In this document: piece by piece, positions 22,251-35,795 of the stretch
Numbering within the stretch: the stretch's first letter is position 1
How the letters are laid out: every line of letters starts with the position of its first letter
Assembly (NCBI GenBank): GCA_013265495.1
Contig: MU058650.1
Coordinates: forward strand, 275,394 to 339,393
Source: Vicugna vicugna
Taxonomy: Eukaryota
Length of the DNA stretch: 64,000 bases
Direction of reading: 5' to 3'
Position numbers and translations under genes: made by a program
The notes under the pieces: model-generated
What the model was told of the DNA's origin: nothing
What the model saw: the letters and a program-made list of their open reading frames with translations, nothing else
Databases searched by the model: none

Positions 22251-23620
22251 AGTGGTATCAATTTATGACTGCTTGAAAATTAAAGATGCATAATATTATC
22301 TCCAGAGCAACCACTTAAAAAAAACTGTGCCTAATAAGCCATATAGAATACGTATTATTTAATTAGAACTTAATGTAGATAAAGAAAAGATGCAAAAAGA
22401 AACAGAGCAAATGCCAAAAACAGAAAATAGGTGTAACTCATTTTTTGAGGTCACCATAATCCTGATATAAAATCCAGACAAAATGATTACAAGAAAACTA
22501 CTTAGCCTTGGAAACATAGGCAAGAAAGCCTCTAACATAATATTACTAAATAACATATAGAATAACTATAAAAAGATAATTTAACATGGCCAGATGAGTT
22601 TTTCCCAGAAATGCAAGATTGGTTTAATAATTAAAAAGACATTTGACAAAGAATTTATATTCACCATATATAAAGAACTCTCACAACTCAATAAAAATTT
22701 TAAAAATTAAAAATTAAAAACACTTTCCAAATGTGTAGCAATACATGAAATAGCTTCTAACACCATTAGTTATCAAGAATATGCATATTGAAACCATAGT
22801 AAGATACCACTACACACCCACTAAAGTGGCTAATATTATAAAATTGACAACACTAAGTTCAGGGCAATCAGGACACTTATACACAGTCAGTGGGATGTAA
22901 CATTGTAAAACCAACCTGGAAAACTTTTTAAATTTAAACATACATCCAACCTATAATGTGGGAATGACCCTTGTAGGTATTTACTCTAGAGATCTGAAAA
23001 TATATGCATACAGAATGTTTATAGCCAAAAACAAAACAAACAAAAAAAGCTTTAACAGGAGAATGGATAAACTGATATGTACATTTAATGAATTTTTATT
23101 GAGTAATTAATACAAAGAAATGAATTAGTGATACATACTACACTACTGATAAATCTCAAAAACATTATTTTGAGCTAAAGAAGCCAGATAAATAAGGACA
23201 ATTCCTGAATGTCTCAATTATATAAAATTCTAGAAGAGGTAAAATTAGTCTGTTGCAATGGAAATCAAAGAAGTGGTTGCCCATAGACTGTAAGAATTGA
23301 TTAGAAGTGGACATGAGGGAGTTTCTGGGGTGATAGAAATCTATGTATTAATAAGTCTATGAATTCTATGGGTTAAGAATTCATCAAATTTCTTGGAATT
23401 TCACACTTAAGATCTATACATTTCAGGGGGGAGGGTATAGCTCAAGTGGTAGAGCACATGCTTAGCATGCAGGAAGTCCTGGACTCAATCCCTAGTACCT
23501 CCATTAAAAAATAAAATAGTAAATAAGTAAATAAACCTAATTACCTCCCCCACTTAAAAAAAAAAAGATCTATACATTTCACTGTATATCAAATATATAT
23601 ATTTTAAAAATCAAATACCA
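22251..23620 (+). mobile_element. Ancient L1M ORF2 and 3' end fragments
   Basis: agataccactacacacccacta, ataaatctcaaaaacattattttgagctaaagaagccaga. Confidence 0.7.
23426..23564 (+). mobile_element. tRNA-Ala-derived SINE (vic-1 type)
   Basis: A/B-box head and polyA; perfect 17-bp TSD AAGATCTATACATTTCA (23409-23425, 23565-23581) at a TT/AAGA site. Confidence 0.95.
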
Positions 23621-25789
23621 ATGCAAAATTATAGATGAAGCCAGTCTGGCAAAAACTTGTTGAATTTGGTTATCATATGGGTTTTCATTTTCCTATGTGG
23701 TTTGTTTTATATGATTGAAATGTTAAAAGAAGCATTTATAAAAGACCCAATCTCACTGTCACCTATTGTTACCTCATATATGCATAAAACACTTCTGAAG
23801 CAAAGTTTCAAAATAGAATATCATGTTATTCCTCATCTGCACTGAAAGAAGTTGAGCACCCTATATTCAAATGTCTGGACACCCAGGATTTAACTCCCCT
23901 CCACTTGTCTCCTCAGAATGCTAAGCTCTCAGACACTAATTCAACTTTTTGGGTTCTCTGATCATGGCAATGCCAGTAGACGGTTCATATTTATCAACAT
24001 CACAATTTCCTCAAATAATGATATTGATAGTAAAAATGAAGATAAGAATAATGTTAAAAGAAGATACAGATTTCTACCTACGATGAAAGCAATGCATAAA
24101 AATGTGTACTTGCATACAAATGTTTCTTCAAAACAAATTTGTTAGCCCCTCCTTTCCAGATATTGCCAGTTCTGACCTCTCCTATTTGGTTCCAGAGCTG
24201 CTATGGAAGATAAAATATTCTGATTTATCTTTAGCCCTTGCCATCACTCAAATGCACAGTTCCAGTGCTGGATGGGGAAAAATGTGAAAAGAAATCATCC
24301 TTTCTGGCCAACTTGAGATATTTGATATATTCCAGTTGCTCTTTGTAATATCAGCATTTTACTGAAGTCAATAAAGCCTAGAAAATGTGATTTTGATGCA
24401 TTTCTGTACTTAAATGATGTTTAGAGTCTGTACCCACGCTTCCTAAAAATATGTTTCTCTTTGCACACAGTGTCCTGGTGTGAGGGTGTTGAGATCTGGA
24501 TTCATAAGGGAGTCATTTACACCAGAGTACAGAACATTTGCTTTGAACGGAAAAACCTCAGAGATCCCTTTGTCACAAAATATTTTTCAAACACTTTTCT
24601 CAGCAGAAGTGTTCCCAGTCTTCTGTATATAAAACTTTGGACATTTCCAGCCTCTTCCTTTAATCTCTCTCTGGAAAACTCTTGATCCTTTTGGTTCTTT
24701 GGAGACCTACAGATTAACCTGGTTGTAGGAATGTCAGATCCGTGTCTCAAACTAAGCTTTGTAGGGAAAGCTTTGTTTTTCTAGATTTCAGAGGAAAACT
24801 TACACTTCAGTTCAACTTTCTATCATTTAATTGAACAGACCTGACCCATTTTACTTTCCTTCACATATCAATATGTGGGCTTACCAAGAAGTTGTGAAAA
24901 TTTAAATTAAAACACTTATGAGTTCAAGCAAAACTAGCAAGTTAAATCTTACTATTATTTTTATTTCTACTTCCATTTGTTTATATATACATACAGGATA
25001 AGATGTAGACAGTAAAAATTTAATGTCTCCAACAATGAACTCATCTTGCAATTAACTGAGACTCTTGTCAGTTAATACATTTCTGTTCAACCACGACACA
25101 GTGCTGTTGGAATTTCATTAAGCAACCCTGAAAGCACTTAAAAAAAATGGACTCACCAAAAAATTTCAAAAGTAAAATTTTCATTAATTTGGATAAAGTT
25201 TTAGTATGGAATATATTTCATTTGACCTATTTATAACCTGGCAATTGTTGAGTGGTATGCATAGAAATTTACTAACATGTTTGATTAAATCACACTACAT
25301 CAGAACAGGAGTTGATAGCTAAAATATTGTAAAACAAGATAATTCAGTCTTAAGCAACCACATTGTGCCACACCGAGTTTCTGTGATACCAATTATTGGA
25401 TTTTGACCTTAAACTTCTTTTAGCTTCATTAGTAGGCCACCTCTCTCATCACTATGCTTCTCATATTAAGCTCTACATATATTGCTTAATGACACTATGT
25501 TGACACATTTTGATGAAACCACTTCAGGATACTTCAAGACATTTTAGATCACAGAATTAATTATGTTCTGTGTACAACTACACCATCTGATCAACAAAAT
25601 ATATGTATGATTTATTAAATGACCTTTAAGTTTTGCTCTACCACTAATTTCCTGATTGAAAAAATGAATCCAAAGAAATTAATCAATGTGTCTAATATAC
25701 TTGATATAGATCTAGGATCTTAAGGTGAACTTGGGTCTTAAAGTTCTATCATTTTTTTCATTATATTATGGAGAAGCCCCAGCATTTTC

Positions 25790-26060
25790 AACTTTATCAG
25801 CAATTGTTTATTGACTGTCTGCTTTGTGCCAGACACGAGGTGTTTGCCACTAGAAAAATTAAAATGAGGACAGAGCGCCCTCTGGAAGCTACTGTGCATT
25901 TTGCAAACAAATTATGCAATCACAGCGCAGTGTAATAAATACTATGTAGGTGCAGTTAAGATGTTTAATATTTCTAATGTGAGGCTGGGAGATAGGTCAA
26001 AGTGGGTGCGATACTTCAGGTGAATTTTGAGTATAAGTCAGGTTTCTCAAGTCAGGGAAA
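25790..26060 (-). mobile_element. L2 3' fragment
   Basis: caattgtttattgactgtctgctttgtgccagacac. Confidence 0.5.
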
Positions 26061-26304
26061 TAAGGAAGCCAGGATGCCAGAATGGTATATGCTGCTCCCC
26101 ACACCTAGAAATGGTATCCTACTCTTTCTATTCTCATTTTATTCTTACCCTTAATACATAATTATTATCACTATGTATTTTATATATATATATTAAGCAA
26201 AAAAGAATAATGTAATAAATATCATGTGTCCTCCCATTATTCAGCTTTATCAAATCTTCCCGTTTTTGCCATATTTGCTTCAAGATCACTCTTTTAAGAA
26301 ATTG

Positions 26305-26428
26305 TATCTATGTATATTAATTATATATATATATATTTTTTTTTTTCCCTTAACAGAGGCACTGGGGATTAAACCCAGGATCTCATGCATGCCAAGCACA
26401 TGTTCTACCACTAAGCCATACCCTCCAC
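26305..26428 (-). mobile_element. tRNA-Ala-derived SINE (vic-1 type)
   Basis: ggagggtatggcttagtggtagaacatgtgcttggcatgcatgagatcctgggtttaatccccag on minus. Confidence 0.85.
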
Positions 26429-26439
26429 ATCCTAAGAAA

Positions 26440-29400
26440 TAAAATATTAAACCATATAGATAAAGTGACACCATCTGGGCACCTGTGCCTGACCATTTTC
26501 TTCACCAGACAGCCACTAGTCTAAATGTCAGGTTTAACCATATTGCTATGTGTAATTCTACTTCTAGAATGATGTTGTATAGAAATATTAAACTTTTTTT
26601 GTACATGTCTTGTTTTGCCTATATATGTGAATTTCTCCTGGATATAAACCTAGATTTGAATTTGCTGGACTTATGGAATGTGGGTGTCTGAAATTTAAAG
26701 TTACTTTTATATCCCTGTCAAATCTTAGTTGTGTGATACTTTTACAATTTTGCCACCGTCTGGATTTGAAATGGGATATCATTGCTGTCTTAATATGCAT
26801 TTCATGATTAGTGGTGAACAGGGCATCCTCCATGTGCTTACAGACTATATTTCCATGCTTTTCCTTTGCTGTTTCAGTACCTAACTTCATATCTCTCTAT
26901 CCATAAACATAATGTTTTTAGATTTATCTACTTTTGAACTTTATGTAACTAAAATCATACTATATGCTTTTTAAAAACCATGTCTCAGGTCAGCATTATG
27001 TTTTAGAGATTTATCAGTGTTGCACCACGTTTATTTCATTAATTTTACATACTTTGCTGTAGGTCACTTTAGGAATATACAATAACTGACAATCTTTCCA
27101 TTGCTGATGAGCATTTGGATAGTTATAGTTTTTTGCTTTACGACAAGGCCTCAGTAAATAATCTTGAACCTGATTTCTAGTGCATATGGAAAAAGAATTT
27201 GTCTCAAGTATACACACAAGAGTGGAATTAGCAGGTCATAAGTTGTAACCATGTTGTATATATTCAGCTTAATAAGTAATGCCAAACTAGTTTTCAAAAT
27301 AATTGTACTGTTTTACATTCCCGTCAGAAGTAGAAGAGCATTTCCCTTCCTCCACACACTCTGCCCATCACTTCATATTGTTTGATTTTTAAACTTTGTC
27401 CATTTGAAGGGTGGAAATGGTGTTGCATTGGAGCTTTGATTTGCATATCTCTAATTACTCATGAGATTTAACATTCTTCATATGTTTAGGTGAACTGTAC
27501 TCTCTTCTGTGAAATTTATTTTCCTTTTGTTTATTTACCTATTAATTACTACATTATTTCTCACTTATTTGTAAGAGTATTTTTAATATATTCCAGATAT
27601 AATGCTTTATTGATTATGCAATGCAAATATATTCTTTCAGTTTGAGCTAGCTTTTCTACTTTCTTTGTGGTTCTTAAAATAACAGAATTTCATGTATTTA
27701 AACTTTTTTCCTGTATGACTTATACTTGTTGTGTATCATTAAAAAAGTCTTCCCTGGCTAAACGTCATAAAATTGCTCGATTTTTCTCTGAAAGTTTTAT
27801 ACTTTTATCTTGTACATTTAAATCTTTAAACCATCTAGGATGTATGCTGTATATTATGTAACAGAGGTTTGATTTAATTTTCCCAAAAGAATGTTATAAG
27901 GATCATTAGAAAAGGTTTAACAGTTTTGAAATCATGAAATTCAATGATCTATGGGTCAAACAACAAACCATAAGGGAACTTAACTAATGTTTGAAACTAG
28001 AAGATGATAATCCTTTAGAATTTGTTGAGACATGTTTTATGGCCCTACATGGTACAATTTCAAACTTATTTTGTGTACTTGAAAATGAAGCATACGCTAC
28101 ATCAATTTGGTAAAGTGTCACATGGTGTTAAATGTGTTGTTCAAAGGTTCCACGTCCTTAAGGATATTTTATCTTCTTGATCCATCAATTACTGAGTGAA
28201 CTGTCTAAAACATATCTTTCCCTATGATTGTTGATTTTTATGATTTACTTCCTAGTTTTCCCAATTATATTAACATATATATATATAATATAAAACTTCA
28301 CATTTATTTTTGATTATATAATTATGTACAGTTGACCCTTGAACAGTGCAAGGGTTAGGGACACCAATCTCTTGTGCAATTGAAGATCTTCATAAGTTTA
28401 CAGTTGGTCCTTTGCATCTGTAGTTCCACATCCACAGATTCAATCAACTACAGAACATGAAGTGCTGTAGTATTAGGTGGAAAAAGTCCATGTGCAAGTG
28501 AATCCATGCCATTCAGACCTGTGTTGTTCAAGGATCGTGTGTGTGTGTGTGTGTGTATACACATACCACATACAACATACATCCAAGGTAGTTTAAAGAT
28601 TTAAATGTAGAAGATAAAACTATAAAACTTTTAGAGAAAAAAATAGAGAGGGAGAGACAAAAAAGCCACTACATAAGGATCAAGAGATCAACTCAAGAAT
28701 AAGATATAACAATTGTAAATATATATCCACCCAATGTAGGAGTACTAAATATATAAAGGAAATATTAACAGACATAAAAGGAGAAATCAAAAGTCATACA
28801 ATAAAAGTAGGGGATTTTAACACCTCATTTACATAAATGGACAAAGATGTACCATGATCTTGGATTGGAAGAATCAGTATTGTTAAAATGATCATACTGA
28901 ATGCAAGTTTATAATTTTATAATCACAAAGTGAGCTGAAAATTTTATAATTATGAAAATGACTTTTCAACATCAAGTAATGCTTTTGCCTATATACTATT
29001 TTCCATAATATGAATATAGTTAAATTTCTGAGTGTAGCATTTATTCAATGTCTTTTTACCCATTTTTCTATCTTTCTGTATTTTTATATAATAAACATAT
29101 TTCATGTAAATAATGTATAGATGGACATTTTCCCAGTCTTTTCTTTTCTTTTAACTTAAATTTAAATTCTTATCCCTTTATTGTAACTACTAACATATTT
29201 AGATTTATTTCTGACATTGTTTTGTGCTTTCTTTTGCCCACTTGTTTCTGTTTCTTTTTCTTTATTTTCTTGTCTTGTTCTGAATTAAGAAACTATTTCA
29301 TCACATTTTTCTTTACTAATTTGTTTCTTTTATAATCCATTTCTATTATTTAAATGTTAACTTGTGCATTTAAAATATGCACACAAAACTTACAGAACCT

Positions 29401-29780
29401 CAGGTTAATCAATACCTTTATTTAACCTCTAGCTAGTAATACAAGGGTCTGTTCTTAGAACACATAAAGATATATAACTAAGAATAATAAGGATATGCTC
29501 CATATTATCTCCAATCAACCTGTACAAATTTATATGCTATTGTTGTCAAATATTCTGGTTTTATCTTATGTTTAATAACCCCCCAAAATTGTTATGATTG
29601 CTTTATGTGGTAAATGTTAGTATTTATCCATTTTTTTGCTATTTTTTTCATTTTTTGTACAGTCTCAGATACTTTTTCTGGGTTTATTTTCCTTCCACCT
29701 GAAGTAGATCTTTTACATTTTTCTTTAATATATTTCTACCAGAGACAAATTTGGCCCATTTTTGTTGCCTTATAAAAAGC
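26440..29780 (-). mobile_element. Mosaic of ancient L1M fragments (with a + strand L1 endonuclease fragment at ~28655-28845)
   Basis: T-rich degenerate ORF2/3'UTR text (ttgatttgcatatctctaattact, gagcatttggatagtt). Confidence 0.6.
28329..28540. mobile_element. TcMar-Tigger MITE (MER8/Tigger2-like)
   Basis: TA followed by CAGTTGACCCTTGAACA ... TGTTCAAGGATC terminal inverted repeats. Confidence 0.8.
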
Positions 29781-29787
29781 TTATTTT

Positions 29788-30555
29788 GGGAGAGGGATTC
29801 AAGATGATTGCATAGGAAGACCCTGAGCTCATCTCCCAAGGGACCCACAAAGTCTATACCTACATATAGAGAAATTCCTCTTGAAGGAGACCAGAGGGCT
29901 GATTGAAGAGCTGCTGTACATATAAGGGTAACGTAGAAATAAGTAGGAAGGATGGAGACACAGTATCCACAGGAACCCCACCGTAACGCAGTGACTTGCA
30001 GTAGAAGGGCCAGAGTGCAGACTCACCCACACACAGGTAGTAAAAACATCAACAACAAAAACCATTAGTTTAAAGGGTACTTAGACTATCTGGGAAGGAA
30101 ATCTGTTTGCTAACCATAGAAATTCTGCCAAATGAGTCGGGAAATTTTGGAGCCCACTCCAGGGTTGGAAGCACCAGCAGACACCACTGCTTGGGTCCCC
30201 ACAGCTCTGCACCTGGCGGGGGCCTGCTCCAACCCAAGCATCCCTGCGAAGTTGATCTCAGGTGCAACATTCCCCAGGAACTACCCCCCTCCTGGACCTG
30301 ATCCAGGTTAAGTCACTAAAGAATAAAATTAAATGATCATCTCATAGATGCAGAAAATGCTTTTGACAAAATTCAGCATCCATTCGTGATTTAAAACACT
30401 CAACAAAATACATATAGAAAGAAAATATCTCAACATAATAATAACAAACCCACAGCTGATATCATACTCAGTGGTGAAAATCTGAAAACTTTTCCTCTAA
30501 GATCAGGAAGACAAGGATGCCTGCTCTTGCCACTTTCATTCAACATAGGAATTCC
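29788..30555 (+). mobile_element. L1 5'UTR fragment joined to an ORF2 RT fragment
   Basis: gggattcaagatg..gaagaccctgagctcatctccc start; atagatgcagaaaatgcttttgacaaaattcagcatcc and agacaaggatgcc (DAEKAFDKIQHP / RQGC). Confidence 0.7.
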
Positions 30556-32220
30556 AGTTAGACCTACGTGAGCTCTTCTAACTATCATCCATGCTCTTTG
30601 ATCTTTGTTTTATATTTTAATCTCTTTGTTTCTCTGATCTGCTTTCCCTTAATGTCTTTATTCTATCTTCCATTTTGCTGTTCTTTTTTTAGTTGTAACT
30701 ACTCTGCTGGTAAACCTAAAGATTTTTTATGTTGCATTATTTTATTAGAAATTTCCATAAATTTTTCTTAGCTTTGTTCAAATTTTGCTTGCCATTTATT
30801 CTTATTGTAAAGCTTCTTTACATTTGTTGAAATATACTAAATATTCTCTTTTCATACTCTGCATTGTATTAATTCCTACATCTGAAAGGTTTTACTGTAT
30901 TAGCTGTGCCACTTTTTCAGCTGCCTCTATCTCATAATGAGTTATTTCCTTGTGCATTTAGTTATTATTATTTGTTAAACATATATTTTCCTTGCAACAT
31001 ATGTGCTCAAATGTTTTTGTGGCCAAGGCAAAGATAAATTCCCCTAGAAAGGTTTTCTGTTGGCTTCTCAAGTGCTTGGGATGCAGGCAGACTGAGATGA
31101 CTCGAAAAGAATTCTTACTTTAAGGTCATTTATCCAACCCAGGTAGTGTCAGTTTGGCTTGCATATCTGCTTTGGAATCATAATATAGTTATAATTGCTC
31201 AAGGGAGATTTTATTTCCTCCTCCAATCAAAACAAATGAATGAGATCGATTTTTTTTTGTTGTTATTTTCTAGGTAGTAGGATCCAACAGGGAGAAGAAA
31301 CTATATTTAATTTACCCTTACATTAAAAGGTATGACTCTTTGTGGTTTGAGTTCCTGGAGCAAATCATAAGAATATGATTTTATTTCACGTATATGTATA
31401 TATATAATAAAAATAATAAAGTACTATTTTTAAGTTTTCCAAAGAGGGCCCAGGTACCTAAACTATCATATTTCCAGACATTAAACAAAGCATTTTTCTT
31501 TAATATATAAAGTAAAAATTCTCAGTATTTGAGCTGGTAATATTGATTTGCATTATTGTCATTACTCCAATATTTGGATTTATATATACTCTACACTGTA
31601 CTTTTTTTCTTGACTATGCTTTTTCATTCTATCTTCCTATTTCTTTGTATTGATTGATGTTTCTTTACTCCTGATCTCCTCTTTTTAATCTTTCTCTTTA
31701 CAACTTATTTTAGTTTCTGTTGAGTTTACTCTTAAATTTTAACAGCCATACCTAATGTAGAAAGTCTAATGTCCATCAACACTTTATATTTTCCTCTCAA
31801 ACAATATAGGGCTATTTACTCCCATCTTATGCCATTACTTTTTATATTACTTCCACCTTGATTTTTAAAAATCTCAGATTAGCTTTCTAGTTATTTATTT
31901 TCTTAGCCAAACTTGTTTAGATTTATCAATATATACATTGATGTCTTGGTTCTTTAGTCTTCTTGTATTGCAGAAAGTCTTTCCATTTCTTCTTACAGTA
32001 TATTCTGAAGTAGCTCTTTTGATGCGTTCATCCTTAAACAAAAATGTCTTTATCTGCCCTAATTCTTGAATTCCAAATTTACCGTCTTCTCTCAGCACAC
32101 TAAAGCATGCTAACTGCTTTCTGGCTTATATCATGGTTACTGAGAAATGTGATGTTTGCCTATTATTCCACTGAAGGGAATCTATCTTTTTCCTTGGGTT
32201 GCTTTTAAGTTCTGCTCTTG

Positions 32221-35200
32221 TGTAACATTGTTCTGTTATGTTTACTGAGATCAATAACCCCTCCGCTTTCCATGTTTTCCCCCTATTGTTTGTTTGTTTT
32301 TGCTTGGTGACAATTTCCCCCTCCTTTGATGGTTTAAAACTTTAGATTTGAGAATGTTTTATTGACAAGCATTAATTTATTCTGGATTTGTTATTGGATA
32401 GAGGGACCACTAACTTAGGAAGTCCACCAAAGCATGGGTGCTTGATGCCAGCTGTGAAAGAATCTGCAGCAGAGGCAGAGGGACAAAGGGAACAGCTCCT
32501 TTATTGCTCAGAAGAAGAGAAGGAAAGAAGGTGCGGGAGAAACGGCACTTGAGCAGGGAGCCCTCAGCCAAAATGGCCAGTGGAGACAGATCCAGCTACA
32601 GCTTGGGCCACATGGACTTTTACAGGGGGCTTCCCCCATCATATCCTCGTTCCAGGGTGTGCTGGAGCTAATCACCTTTCTTTTCTGTCCTTGTAGAGGC
32701 TTTTCTGGTTGTTGCCATGGCAATCATTGACTGTTATAACACTGATGAGTGTGTCACTTAGCATGCTAATGCATTACAGTGACTGTATAATGCGGCTCCA
32801 GGTCCACTGCAAGTCAAGTCCTCCACCATCTTGGGCTTCGTTGGTTCTAACCACTTCTTGTTCTATTTTCAGCTGCCTCCTGAGACTTAGATAAGAGAAG
32901 CTGGTTTCTACTTGAGGGAGGAGCAGGGTTATGATCCTGGGGGCAACAGCCTTTGTAACAAAAAGGAAAGTTGCTTTTAATTAGAATACCTTCAATCTGA
33001 TGAACCTGGTGAACCCCATGTTCCCCCCCAAAAACCATCTCTGAAGATTCTACTGAGCCATAAACAAGAGGCAGTTGCTGAGGGGCCTTAGTTCCCTGCA
33101 GAAAAACTTACAGATATTGTTCTGTATATTCTTTGAGGAGGAACCTGATCCCTGCCCCAAGGCTCCTACGAACAAGAAACAGGGAACAAGGAAAGATTTG
33201 TACCAGGGAGGACCCCACAGCGTCCTGCTTGGCATCAGGTTGAAGTAGTGTCACTCCAGGGATGTTTTGCATTCTGTTTTGACAGGCATGCAAGGAATCT
33301 CACCAGTGCAGGAGTACAGGAAAAAATTTATAGTAGTTTAATTTTAAAATCCTGTGATCTGTGTTTATCAATTGTTGGGAAACATTTTTGTCCTGCCTGA
33401 ACAGTACTTCCTCCAGAAGAAACAGAAAACCTCCTCCAAGCAAATTTCAAGCAGAGGGTGGATTTTTTTTCCTAGTTCTTTTTTACTGACAGTGCAATCC
33501 CATGTGAGTTTGGCTTTATGCTTAGGTTATCCAGTTCCCTGAGACCTATCCTGTCAAAGTCCCTTGTTTAGTGAGACCCTCCTTGTTTAACCACATCCTT
33601 ACTCCTCTTCCCCACACCACCATAAGGCTTCTGCAGCATGGTAGGCAGACGGGAGAGTGGTCTCCAGAGAAGAAGAACCAGATTTGGCTTCTCTTTTTTT
33701 GACTTAAAAGAAGCTAAAGCCTAAGCCATTTTGTGACCCAGGTGCAGGGCTAACTGGTGTCTGCTGAGGCCCTGCGACACCTCCTGATGCAAGAAAACAG
33801 ATGTGGGGCATGAGCAGGGTGGTGTCTCAAGTCTCAGTTGAGCCCCTGGGACGCGCCCTGCCAGGTGTGGATTCTTGGCTTCATGCAGGAAGGAATTCAA
33901 GTTGAGCAAAGGTAGGCTTATTTAGAGAGATACATACTGCAGAGTGTAAGGCACGAGAAAGGCAAGGAAACAGGTGTGGGGACTGGGTGCTCAGGTTAAA
34001 GTAAAAGTAGGTACACACTCCATAGGCAGAGTGGGGGCTGTCTCCAAAGAAGAGGGAGCAAAAAAGGCCACTAGACGTGGTGTTGCCAGTTTTTATGGGC
34101 TCAGTAGCTTCACATGCTTACAGGTAGGACCATTCCAACTGCCCTGAGGAAGGGGCTGAGGATACCAGGAATTGGGCCACTGCTCATTCTTTGGCTTTTT
34201 ACGGTTAGCCTTGGGACTGTCATGGCACCTGCAGGCATGTTATTTATCATGCTGTTACAATGAGCATATAATGAAGCTCAAGGTCTACTAGAAGTCAAAC
34301 CTCTTAGTCCTCAAGGCCAACTAAGAGTTGAATCTTCTACCATTTTGGTGTTTAATTAGTCATTCCTTGAGTGGCTGTGCCCTGCCCCCTTCCCTCCTGT
34401 CTCACCCCCACCTAAACTTACAGCCCTTGGGCATCCACCTGTGTCCACCTGCTCCTCTTCAGAAGATAAACTCCTGATGGATGTTTGCCTTAGCAAAATT
34501 AACATCCTTGGGAAATGACCAGATTCACTGTAGCTCAGGCCAACTTGTCTCAACCCATGTTTCACCCTTATTGGAGTTATAAACTCCACTACCCTCCCAT
34601 ATCCCTTACCTCACTTATGGCCGATTGATACTTTGTTCCCCTATCCCTTTGTGTTCACAGTCCCTTCTTGAATAAAAGACCCTGCAGGTTCACACTCTGG
34701 GCTCACACAGGCACCTCTTGTTGGGGTGGTCCTCTGTTTCCTGTAGCAGCATATCTTTTAAAACCTTTCCTTTGTTCTTAAATTTATCTTGGTTTCTGGT
34801 AAATTCTTTTTACCAGCCCAGGTCACTGGCCCACCACGTGTCCCCCAGCACTAAGCTTGGCCTCTGTGCTTGCCCTTGAACAGTTCTCAGTAATTAAAAA
34901 TCTTAATGGAACAAAGGAATACAGGAACAGAGAAAAGGCAGTCAGTAATAGCGCAGTGAGAAAGCAGATTCCTAGTTCCTCTTGGAGGGGTACACACAAT
35001 AATGTATGTTTGAGTTCTGTACGAAGTAGGGCCCCAACTCAGATGGAGGATGGAACGATGATGACCCCTCTGATGTCAACCAACTAAGACTTGGCCTCTG
35101 TTGACCTTTGCCCTAATTCTATGCTGAATTCTCTTCTGCTCAAGCCTCTTTATGAATATTCATGTACCTTTAGCTTAAAAGTTCCGCCATTTTGCTGTTT

Positions 35201-35345
35201 TTGGAAACACTGCTTTGGGAGTGATCCCTAGTGTGCTCCTTACTTGATGCAAGTAATACCAACGCCGTCCTTCTCCCAGTCTGTGGCTTGGTTATGTCTG
35301 TTGGCTCAACACCCACCAAGAGCTTAACTCAGCTTTCGGGTAACA
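32221..35345. mobile_element. Cluster of adjacent/nested class I ERV LTRs (at least 4-5 pieces)
   Basis: PPT-like aaaggagggggaaat+TG on minus at 32327-32311; several TG..CA-bounded blocks with polyA signals; last block ends ttcgggtaaCA at 35345. Confidence 0.7.
33785..34404 (-). mobile_element. Solo LTR, same family as 1090-2876, inserted in another LTR
   Basis: TGagacaggagggaagggggcagggcacagcc...ttgcatCA on minus; near-TSD ctcc/cccc. Confidence 0.88.
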
Positions 35346-35504
35346 GCATCAGCTCACATGTTCCTTTTCCTTCCTAGTTCATCTCAGTTTCTTCACTAAG
35401 CTATCAATTTTACTCTTCCTTTCTATTTTTTCAAAAAGGATATTTTCAGGTTTTCTCCTCTATCACAGTGCTGGAGATAGAGGTCTTCCCTTAATATTTT
35501 CTGT

Positions 35505-35795
35505 ATAATTCCTACTCACCCTTCAGGTATCAGCTCCAAAGTTACATCCTCAGTGATGTATTTCTTTATTCCTACTTACACTATCACAGTAGCTTGTGAA
35601 TTTTCCACTTCATGTTATTTGCAATTTGTTATTTTATATTATTGTGCAACTCTGATTAATTTCTCTTCCCTTACATTTATTCATCTCCACTGAGTGATGA
35701 GACATGTATATTTTGCTTACTCATGATGGTCCCAGAACCTAGCACAAATCCAGGCACAATGTTTATGCTCAGCACTTATTTGATAAATGAATGAA
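35505..35795 (+). mobile_element. L2 3' end
   Basis: ttcctactcacccttcagg...cccagaacctagcaca...aaatgaatgaa. Confidence 0.7.

Noticed and set aside
23426..23503. tRNA-Ala gene (also 15545-15619, 26360-26428, 42598-42672)
   Set aside because: Mismatched stems, shared non-tRNA tails, polyA and TSDs identify these as SINEs.
23650..25650. Possible unannotated exons in this non-repetitive intergenic stretch
   Set aside because: No recognisable protein similarity or convincing splice-site pair; cannot be supported from sequence alone.
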